From Diadema antillarum (lineage: Eukaryota), in contig NW_027271032.1 of assembly GCF_040938485.1 (NCBI RefSeq), positions 3,286,001 through 3,350,000 of the forward strand: DNA of 64,000 nt, given 5' to 3'. The notes under the pieces were generated by a model. The model had not been told where the DNA came from, did no database searches, and saw only the letters and a list, made by a program, of their open reading frames with translations. A program made the position numbers and the translations under genes. Of this stretch, positions 12,677 to 20,160 are shown piece by piece (the stretch's first letter is position 1; the number at the start of each line of letters is the position of its first letter).

Positions 12677-15604
12677 TCAACGGGACTTCGCCGCTGACAA
12701 AAGGGCAGCCCTAGAGAAGGAGGGCACAGCAGCGGGAACGTCCCGCAGATAGAAAGAAATGAAAGAATTGGGAGAACGCCAATAGGCTGCTCTTTGGATC
12801 TCCTCAACCGACACTCCTGCGAATAAGGCCCAGGAGGCGCTGATCCCGCGAGTGTCATGAGCGCGAGGCGCTACCCCCGGGGAGAGAGCCTCTGAGCCAG
12901 CCGCTTTGATAGCGGCAACAATCCACTTCGATATGGTGTCTTTAGAGGCAGCAGAGAAGGGCTCCTTAGTCACTACAAAGAGTTGATCCCCGGAGCGTCG
13001 GTCCTTGGTACGGGCGCAGTAATATTTCAGGGCCCGTACCGGACACCAGACTTTGTCCTCTGCGACAGAGGAATGAGCGGCCAGAGGTTGGATGAAGATC
13101 TCAACCGGACTGGAGGCTGCTGTCTGATTTTTGGCCACATACGAAGGGCTAGGGATTAGCCTCACACCAGCCCGTTCCCACCGTATGTGGCCCTGCAGGG
13201 TAGACAAAGCATGCAGCGCACTACGGCGCTGCCCAGATGCGATAGCCAAGAGAAAAACCGTTTTGATGGTTAAATCCCTAAGGGAGGCTTCGGCCAAGGG
13301 TTCGAAAGGCGACCTGGCAAGCGCCTCTAGCACACGGGGAAGGCTCCAGGAAGGGAGCAATCTCCTCGTCGGGGGGCGTTCCAAGAAAAAGACGCGAAGT
13401 AAGCCTGAGAGGGCGGGGGCAGTGGATATAGTGGACCCATCCTCGAAGCCAGTATGCACTGCCGCGATGGCGGAGCGATACCCCCTAATGGTAGAGATGG
13501 TTAAGCCTCTGTCAAAGAGGGAAACCAAAAAGTCCGCCACATCTCTTAGAGGGGCTGAACGGGGATCCACCCCGTGAGATTGGCACCAGGAATAGTATCC
13601 AGCCAAACGGGAATTGTAAGCCTCCCGGGTGGATTCTCTCCGGCTGCGGGCAACGAGTGAAGCAACTCGTTCTGACAAGCCCGCCTGAGTACCGGATTCC
13701 CTGATAAGGGCCAGGCAATCAGGTGGAGAGAGCTCGGTCGGGGATGTAGAGCTCCCGACACCGGCTGCGCTATTAGATCTGGGCGAGCTGGAAGGAGCCT
13801 TGGGCTCCCCACCAGTAGGTTTGTGAGCTCTAGGAACCAAGACCTCCTTGGCCACCAGGGGGCTATAAGGAGGATGGTAGCCTGGTCCCGCCTGATCTTG
13901 CGCAGGACGCGGGGAATGAGGGGGAAGGGTGGGAACGCATAGCCTCTGAATCCCTTCCACTGGAAGGAGAAGGCGTCCAGCCGCCAGGCTGCGGGGTCCT
14001 GCACTCTCGTGCAGTACCTGGGTAGCTGAGCATTCAGCTCCGAGGCGAAGAGATCCACCTCCAGTGGTGGCATCTGATTCACCAGTCGGCTCATGATATG
14101 CGGGTCGAGTCTCCACTCGGAGGGGAGGACCCGGCCTCGGGACAGGAAGTCCGCAATGAGGTTGTCCCTGCCCGGTATATACGAGGCCATGGGAAAAATC
14201 CCCCTGCGCCTGCACCATCTCCACAGTGTGGCAGCGAGGGCGTTCAAGCGTGGGGAATGCGTGCCGCCCTGCTTGTTGATGTATGCCGCCACTGTGACAT
14301 TGTCTGTGCGGATCAACACAGTCTGGTTTTGGAGTAGAGGTAAGAAGTGGTGGAGGCTCAGGATAACCGCTTGAAACTCCAGCACATTGATGTGGGGGAG
14401 GGTAGCCGAAAGGCACCAGTCCCCATAGGCATGGAGCCCCTGACAGTGACCGCCCCAACCCTTGTGGGATGCATCGGTAGTCACTGTGAGCGAGGGATGG
14501 GGGGGCTGCAGAGGGCTGCCCCTGCTCAGAAACTCCGGGCAACACCATCGCCTGAATAACAGGCGGGTGGCCGGGGGCAGGGGAACCATTTTCGTCAAGG
14601 GGTCCCGAGACGGATGGAAATGACTGAGCAGATGGATCTGCAGGGGGCGCATGTGCAGTCGACAGTCCGGCAGCACATCGACCAGGCTCGCCAGATATCC
14701 TAGGAACTGAAGGAAGGATCTGGCAGGGACTCGTCGCTGCCGTCTGAAACGGCGGGCGGCGGATATGATCGTAGACACCCGAGCTGGGCTGGGGCGCGCC
14801 AGCTGACGGGGGATGTCTATCACTGCACCCAGGAAGGTTGGGCGTTGTGTGGGCACGAGCTCCGACTTCTCCCAATTTATGAGAAACCCGAGAGACTGTA
14901 CTGTTCTCAGCAGAAAAGACAACTGGTGAGAGAGCAGGGTCTGGGAGCTGGCTGCTAACAGCCAATCGTCGAGGTAGCAAAATATCCTCAGACCCTGTTG
15001 CCTGAGGAAGGCTGCTACACACGCGACGAGCCTGGTGAATAGGCGTGGTGCGGGTTTCAGGCCGAAAGGCAGGGCGCGGAAGCGGAACATGTTCCCCTCG
15101 AAGAAGAAACCCAGCAGGTCCCTGGATGCTGGTGCTATCGGGACGTGGAGGTAAGCATCCCTGAGATCTATGGACACTGTCCAATCTCCCGGTCTGAGGC
15201 AAGGGAGTATGGACGCCAATGTCTCCATTCGAAAATGTTCCGTACGGATGTGCCTGTTTATTCTCTTGAGGTTGAGAATGAGGCGAAAGCTCCCCGAGCG
15301 CTTGGGAACCAGAAAGGTAGGGGAAAGGGATAACCGCGGGTGGTCGCGGATCCGTTCCACTGCCCCCTTCGCTAAGAGGGCGGCGATCTCGGCCGCCATG
15401 CCTCTGTGTCTGAGGGGAGGCAAGCGAGGGGGGGAAAGACGGATGACGCCTCCGGGTAAGGGAGTGGCGAGCTCGATGGAGAAGCCACCGCCTACAACGG
15501 AGAGCACGAAGGCGTCGTCCGTAATGGCCGCCCAGGCCGGCTGGAAGGCCTGAAGGCGGCCGCCCACCCCGGCTGGGGGGGCCTGAAGCGCTCGGGGCAA
15601 GGAG
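12677..15604 (-). CDS. DIRS ORF3: tyrosine recombinase (YR) with long N-terminal region overlapping RT
   Basis: C-terminal YR motifs GQRRSALHAL, KNQT, AHDTR, YWRS and FISFY (Tyr at 12749-12751). The track ORF 12677-15202 starts at TTG; manual translation shows the frame is open up to the gag stop (15604). First ATG is at 14548. Confidence 0.9.
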   Translation of the reverse strand, partial: LLAPSASGPPSRGGRPPSGLPAGLGGHYGRRLRALRCRRWLLHRARHSLTRRRHPSFPPSLASPQTQRHGGRDRRPLSEGGSGTDPRPPAVIPFPYLSGSQALGELSPHSQPQENKQAHPYGTFSNGDIGVHTPLPQTGRLDSVHRSQGCLPPRPDSTSIQGPAGFLLRGEHVPLPRPAFRPETRTTPIHQARRVCSSLPQATGSEDILLPRRLAVSSQLPDPALSPVVFSAENSTVSRVSHKLGEVGARAHTTPNLPGCSDRHPPSAGAPQPSSGVYDHIRRPPFQTAATSPCQILPSVPRISGEPGRCAAGLSTAHAPPADPSAQSFPSVSGPLDENGSPAPGHPPVIQAMVLPGVSEQGQPSAAPPSLAHSDYRCIPQGLGRSLSGAPCLWGLVPFGYPPPHQCAGVSSGYPEPPPLLTSTPKPDCVDPHRQCHSGGIHQQAGRHAFPTLERPRCHTVEMVQAQGDFSHGLVYTGQGQPHCGLPVPRPGPPLRVETRPAYHEPTGESDATTGGGSLRLGAECSATQVLHESAGPRSLAAGRLLLPVEGIQRLCVPTLPPHSPRPAQDQAGPGYHPPYSPLVAKEVLVPRAHKPTGGEPKAPSSSPRSNSAAGVGSSTSPTELSPPDCLALIRESGTQAGLSERVASLVARSRRESTREAYNSRLAGYYSWCQSHGVDPRSAPLRDVADFLVSLFDRGLTISTIRGYRSAIAAVHTGFEDGSTISTAPALSGLLRVFFLERPPTRRLLPSWSLPRVLEALARSPFEPLAEASLRDLTIKTVFLLAIASGQRRSALHALSTLQGHIRWERAGVRLIPSPSYVAKNQTAASSPVEIFIQPLAAHSSVAEDKVWCPVRALKYYCARTKDRRSGDQLFVVTKEPFSAASKDTISKWIVAAIKAAGSEALSPGVAPRAHDTRGISASWALFAGVSVEEIQRAAYWRSPNSFISFYLRDVPAAVPSFSRAALLSAAKSR

Positions 15605-15606
15605 TC
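13546..15606 (-). CDS. DIRS ORF2: reverse transcriptase + RNase H + DNA N6-adenine-methyltransferase-like domain
   Basis: VGGRL..F..AW, DLRDAYLHVPI, LPFGL, YLDD (14965-14976), TDAS/HINVLE/RTDN/IADFLSR (RNase H) and DLFAS...YAFPPF (MT). The start is uncertain: the track uses TTG at 15600, the first ATG is at 15399, and the frame is open from 15726. Confidence 0.95.
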   Translation of the reverse strand, partial: DSLPRALQAPPAGVGGRLQAFQPAWAAITDDAFVLSVVGGGFSIELATPLPGGVIRLSPPRLPPLRHRGMAAEIAALLAKGAVERIRDHPRLSLSPTFLVPKRSGSFRLILNLKRINRHIRTEHFRMETLASILPCLRPGDWTVSIDLRDAYLHVPIAPASRDLLGFFFEGNMFRFRALPFGLKPAPRLFTRLVACVAAFLRQQGLRIFCYLDDWLLAASSQTLLSHQLSFLLRTVQSLGFLINWEKSELVPTQRPTFLGAVIDIPRQLARPSPARVSTIISAARRFRRQRRVPARSFLQFLGYLASLVDVLPDCRLHMRPLQIHLLSHFHPSRDPLTKMVPLPPATRLLFRRWCCPEFLSRGSPLQPPHPSLTVTTDASHKGWGGHCQGLHAYGDWCLSATLPHINVLEFQAVILSLHHFLPLLQNQTVLIRTDNVTVAAYINKQGGTHSPRLNALAATLWRWCRRRGIFPMASYIPGRDNLIADFLSRGRVLPSEWRLDPHIMSRLVNQMPPLEVDLFASELNAQLPRYCTRVQDPAAWRLDAFSFQWKGFRGYAFPPFPLIPRVLRKIRRDQATILLIAPWWPRRSWFLELTNLLVGSPRLLPARPDLIAQPVSGALHPRPSSLHLIAWPLSGNPVLRRACQNELLHSLPAAGENPPGRLTIPVWLDTIPGANLTGWIPVQPL

Positions 15607-18010
15607 AAAAGCCGCCGCGGCCCCTGGCGGCCGGGCGGGTTGATCCTCGCTGTCTGTCTCTACCCCTGTGACTGCGGCGCCCGCGGCCTGAGCGGCGGGG
15701 CGGCTTAGGGGGAGGCAAGGTGACCGTTACGCGGGGGGGTCCCGCCGAGGGGCGAGCGGCCCCGCGGGGTCGGGGGGCTCGTGGTTGGACGGATCTGAGC
15801 TGCGTGGCCAATTCACGGGCCTGTTGGCACCTAGCTAACTCATCCCTGATCCGAGGTGCAAACTGACCTGAGAACAGAAAGGGGCCCTCGCAGGGCATGT
15901 CAGCGGTCAGCTGAACCCGCTGTCTAGCTGAAAAACCCAGTGCTTCTAGAGCCAGGTTCCTGCGACGACGAGTCGTGTACAAGGCTGCACGGGTAGACTG
16001 TTTCCACAGTTGTTCCGAGATAGACATAAGCAGTGCGTCGAGCAACTGCCTGTCTTCTGGAGAGACCCGCAGGTCGTCTGCTTGTACGGCCAAATTGGTC
16101 AGAGCACCCGCGTACGCTGCCAGACGCATCGTGGATCTGGCCAAGATGGACATATGCGTCCACCTCTTGTCTTCCTCAAGAAAGGAGCGTCTGCGTAGGG
16201 GGTTGACCTTCCCCACGTAATCGCCTAGAGCAAGCAGCTCGGGGGATAGCGTCTCTGGGGACAGAAAACGGGCCATGTCGCCCGGTTGAAAAGTGAACGC
16301 TCTTCTCAAACCAGGAGGGCCACCCCTGGGGGACGGTTCACGAGCGATGCGCCCGTACTCATCCTTGAAGTCGGCTGTGAGTGGAATGCCGGGATGAGTA
16401 CCCGATCCCCCCCGGAAGAGTCGGGACGCCTGGGGCTGTTGCTCCGCAGGGTCCGGGCGGACCGTATAAAACTCTTCCAGGTAGCGGAGGAGCAAAGCTT
16501 CCGCCTCCTCACTGAGGTGTTTCAAACCAGGCGGGGCCTCGGTCCCAATCAGGGAGGGCGCCGCCGATGAGGTGGACATAGACTCCCACTCTGAAGAGGG
16601 GTCAGACTCTGAGGCAGGTACCCCGAGTTGATCAGAGAGGGGTGGGAAAGGGGGAGGCGCTAGTGCTGGGGAGAAAGTCTCCGCTGGCAGTGCGCTATCG
16701 TCCAACAAGGAACGGGCCGTCAGGCCCGAGGCAGAGCGTGGGATAGGGGGCGGTAAGAGCAGACCACCAGTAGAGGTAGCTACCGCAGCCTGACTGACAG
16801 CGGCCGGGGCCGGGCGATGCAGTCGAAGGCTCTCTGCCTGAGAGGGGAAAGTTTCCTCCCCGGGCGGAGCCCCTAGTGCCGCGGGAGCACGGCTCGTGCC
16901 GGCTATGAGCTCCCCGCGTGGCGGCAGTGGGGCCAAGGGCACTGAAGAAGCAGCGGTCGATTCGGCCGGAAGGCCGGAGAGCGACCAGCCTCGGCTCTCT
17001 GCGAAGCGGCTGAACACCTCAAAGAGTTCAGCTTCACTAGGCTGAGCCCTAGGAGCCTTCTTCTTCTTTTTGCCCGAGGTTTTGGACTTCTTGGAAGAGG
17101 GAGAGGCAGAAGGGGCCGTGGAAGGCCTTTTCTTAGCCTTCTTCTTCCTCTTCAGAGTCCCAAGGGACGAGCTTAAGGGCTGTCCGGCCGGTGGGGTGCC
17201 GGTCGAGGACGCCGCCGAAAGCTGCCAGTCCCGAGCGGGAGGCTCAACCGGCGCCGCCCGAGCGGACGGGCCGGGGAGGGTCCCAGTGGTGGTAGGTGCC
17301 GGCTTGCTAGGAGCGCGGGCAGTTACCAACCTAGGGCCATGCACCCTGGGGTGCTGGCCGAGTCGGAGGGAGGAGGGGGCCCGCGTGGTGGGCAGCCGGG
17401 GCGGACCCGCAGCTGGCGCACCACCGCTCCCGAACCCCGCCGCCGCCGGCCTGGGAGAGCCGGGTGGTGGGGAACGGGCGGGGCCGAGGCTGGACGCCGC
17501 TGCAGCCGCAGGGCTGCGAGCAGGCGGGGTGGGGGCGGCTCGCATGAGCGAAGGCGCTCGTGGCGGCACCCCACCGCTCTCTGTCACCATGGGCCGGCTA
17601 GGGCCGGGGGACGAGAGGCCAGCCAAACTCCGGTCAGGTCGCCAAGGACGACCACCCTCCTCCCCCGAATCACTTCCCTCAGAAGCGAGAATCTCAAGGG
17701 GCGGATCGGCGGAGCCGGATCCGAGCCCCTCCGGTTCAGGGACCGGCAAAGAGACTCCCTCCGCGAGGGAGTTCCGAGCAGAAAGCTCTGAGTCCGTCGG
17801 CCGTGCGGCCCCGGACGGAACCAGGGCCGGAGCCCTAAGTATGGGGGGGTGGGAGGATAGCCAAGCCTCCAACGTGGCCCACAAGGGGTCTGACCAAGTG
17901 GAGCACGTGGGACAGGGACTAGATCGGGTGCACGTGCGATGCAAAGCGCAAACTGGATGTGCGTCCCAATCTGGAATGGCCCGGCGACAAGAAGTGCATC
18001 TAAGAGTCAT
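15605..18010 (-). CDS. DIRS ORF1 gag-like protein (801 aa from ATG 18010)
   Basis: N-terminal Cys/His cluster CTSC..H..C..H..C..C..C, Pro/Ser/Ala-rich middle, K-rich patch, and DIRS-gag/LAP2alpha-like C-terminal helical region (RRRRNLAL..PCEGPFLFSG). The track ORF starts at 18076, but 18012-18076 looks intronic. Confidence 0.88.
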   Translation of the reverse strand: MTLRCTSCRRAIPDWDAHPVCALHRTCTRSSPCPTCSTWSDPLWATLEAWLSSHPPILRAPALVPSGAARPTDSELSARNSLAEGVSLPVPEPEGLGSGSADPPLEILASEGSDSGEEGGRPWRPDRSLAGLSSPGPSRPMVTESGGVPPRAPSLMRAAPTPPARSPAAAAASSLGPARSPPPGSPRPAAAGFGSGGAPAAGPPRLPTTRAPSSLRLGQHPRVHGPRLVTARAPSKPAPTTTGTLPGPSARAAPVEPPARDWQLSAASSTGTPPAGQPLSSSLGTLKRKKKAKKRPSTAPSASPSSKKSKTSGKKKKKAPRAQPSEAELFEVFSRFAESRGWSLSGLPAESTAASSVPLAPLPPRGELIAGTSRAPAALGAPPGEETFPSQAESLRLHRPAPAAVSQAAVATSTGGLLLPPPIPRSASGLTARSLLDDSALPAETFSPALAPPPFPPLSDQLGVPASESDPSSEWESMSTSSAAPSLIGTEAPPGLKHLSEEAEALLLRYLEEFYTVRPDPAEQQPQASRLFRGGSGTHPGIPLTADFKDEYGRIAREPSPRGGPPGLRRAFTFQPGDMARFLSPETLSPELLALGDYVGKVNPLRRRSFLEEDKRWTHMSILARSTMRLAAYAGALTNLAVQADDLRVSPEDRQLLDALLMSISEQLWKQSTRAALYTTRRRRNLALEALGFSARQRVQLTADMPCEGPFLFSGQFAPRIRDELARCQQARELATQLRSVQPRAPRPRGAARPSAGPPRVTVTLPPPKPPRRSGRGRRSHRGRDRQRGSTRPAARGRGGF

Positions 18011-18011
18011 C

Positions 18012-18628
18012 CTGTATAAAAGAGAAGAGGACTCAGTTAGCAACAACATAAAGAAAATGTAGACATGAATAAACATACAAGTATCTTTACAAGAAAGTGT
18101 ATGTTAAAACAAGGGACTCAAAAACCAAGTCAAAGTAGGCTTAAAAGCGTACAAGACAAGGGGCGGGAATTGGGCCGAGCTGGGCCGACAAAATTATCGT
18201 TGAAGGCTCAGCATAAAATACCCAAGAGACAGTAAACAAACATGAAACATGTGCGAAAAGGGTGAGAAAAACACCCAAACGAAATATAAAAGAAGCCCCA
18301 GAGGCGCGCCATAGGCGTGGGCCACCTCAATAAAGGCCTAAGGGGGGCACGACCCACATGAAACATGCACGGAACCGAGTCTGGGGACGGAAACCCAAAG
18401 ACAAGGTGCAATTAAGTCCCAAAGGGCTAGCCATAAGGTCTACAAACCATAATAAGGACCCTAATGGCGTGCCATACGACTACAAGTTGAGTAAATATGG
18501 CCAAAGGGCTTGCCATAGGTCAACGATCGGTAATAATGACGCTAATGGCGTGCCATAGCCCAAGCATGGCGAAGATGGCCACCCACGGCCAGCCATAGGC
18601 TAACTACGGTAACGAGATACTAACTCAC
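18012..18628 (-). other. Putative spliceosomal intron in the DIRS 5' leader
   Basis: Donor CC|GTGAGT at 18628, branch CTAAC (A at 18037), pyrimidine tract TCCTCTTCTCTTTTATACAG|G ATG directly before the gag ATG. Confidence 0.55.
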
Positions 18629-19081
18629 GGCGTAGAGCCTACGAAGAAACCTCGATGTTTCTAACACCTTCAAAAAGGTCAAAAAACACCAAAAAACTCC
18701 CGAGAAGGTATAAAAGCATGAACGGGAGGAGGAAAAAACATAAAAGGAACGACAAAAAGCCGAACCGTGGTAGGCTAAGACGAGAAAGGGGGAAAAAACC
18801 CGCCAGTGCGTGGCGAGAAGCGAGGCACGGTGCACACACCATACAAACGTATGGGGCAGCGCGAAACAAAACCGCGGAGGTTTGGATCGAAATAAAATTC
18901 ACGATTTCGCCCCTTTCTCGGTAACAAATGATGACAAAAACGATCTACAAATGTGATACAACAATCAAGGAGCAAAAATAAGGAAAGATATTGCCTGATT
19001 GCTGGGGGATCCCGCTGATGCAGTCGGGTTATCACGAGAGATCGAAAACACGTCTAAACGCGATGGAGGGCGAACAGGGAA

Positions 19082-19243
19082 GAGGAAGAGTCATGGCGGG
19101 TGACTGGTTACGTGCGTACGGGCGGACGTGCGTGCGGCCTGGGGGACACGGGCGGTGTAAGGTAGGCTTACTGTGTAAAAGTTTCTTTGTTCGATGTTAG
19201 GGCAATTATCGGGATAATAGCATACTATAACAGATAGGTGGTC
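19082..19243. repeat. DIRS inverted terminal repeat (element 5' end)
   Basis: Reverse complement of 12290-12451. Confidence 0.95.
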
Positions 19244-19498
19244 AGATGTACTGATGTAGATCTACTTTCACCAAAAACAAACTTTAAAATCACCAAATAA
19301 GCTCGTACATTTTGGTTGAAAAAGTGTGACTCTGCATGGTGAATATGCTAATGAGCAAGTCTTGGCGGAGAGTCATACGTCGTCGATGCACAACTCTTCC
19401 CAGCCGTGTTCTGCTCGTTATCCGTACGCTCCCTAGTTTACCCGGATGCATGAAGACGTCGGTGGCTACTCCGACTTGTATTTGACATTGTTTCTACG

Positions 19499-19499
<1 letters not shown>

Positions 19500-19536
<37 letters not shown>
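19500..19536. repeat. (GT)n microsatellite
   Basis: Direct reading; similar tracts at 33527-33560, 36599-36628 and 44020-44066. Confidence 0.95.
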
Positions 19537-19540
<4 letters not shown>

Positions 19541-19849
19541 ATTGTGTATTATATTCGCACGTGTGGACGGTACAACTAGATGATAGATCTACGGTAGATA
19601 CGCGTACGCACCCCGTACGCGGTTTGCCCTTCGCACTTTTCCAGTCTCAAGCGCAGCTGCAGCCCTACCTGTCGCCGCTCATGCATGTTCTATAGTACGT
19701 ACAGAGTGTACATATTTGTAGGTAGAAACGATTCTACACAGGCCTGCTAGTACACTACAGGGGCGACCGCATTCAGCGTCGTCTGGTCAGGCTATCTTAC
19801 ATCAGTAGTTTTGCTCGAATCATGCAGAAAATTTCCCAGGAAAATCCTT

Positions 19850-20160
19850 TTTTCCGTCCCAGTCCAACAAAAGTATCGTGAAAGGTGAGCTGTATGGCTG
19901 GGAAATATCGGTACAACGATGCCGAACATAAGAAACTTAGGGCCTACAAAATCTCGAAATCGTGTTGTGACCTACCTGTGCGTGGACAATTTGTGAAGCG
20001 ATGTTTCTACGTGGACCGGCAGGCTGTGGCCCTCGGTTATAAACCGAGAAAACTCCTGAAACCAGATGCAATCCTGACCATTTGCTCACATGAGTTGTAA
20101 AACAGAAACACCTCGAGCATCGACTTCGAAGAGAACCGAGGGAAAAAAGCGTAGAGAGGT
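19850..20160 (+). pseudogene. Degenerate THAP zinc-finger domain remnant of the Kolobok-like element
   Basis: FSVP..KYRER*AVWLGNIG ... YLCVDN(frameshift)F.KRCF ... LGYKPRKLLKPDAILTI resembles the THAP FP..W...CxxHF...LK.DA.PTIF pattern; it ends at a GAG|GTAAG donor. Confidence 0.7.

Larger units (their letters stand above)
12249..19261 (-). mobile_element. Full-length DIRS1-group tyrosine-recombinase retrotransposon
   Basis: gag, RT/RNaseH/MT and YR ORFs are uninterrupted; 162-bp inverted terminal repeats; ICR at 12532-12630; no target-site duplication. Confidence 0.97.

Noticed and set aside
17070-18062. 330-aa plus-strand ORF, and other plus-strand ORFs at 13131-17791
   Set aside because: These are antisense shadows of GC-rich DIRS coding sequence, low-complexity Gly/Ala/Arg with no domain.
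18011-18076. N-terminal 22 codons of the 823-aa gag ORF in the track
   Set aside because: They consist of a branch point and polypyrimidine tract; the ATG at 18010 is the more credible start.
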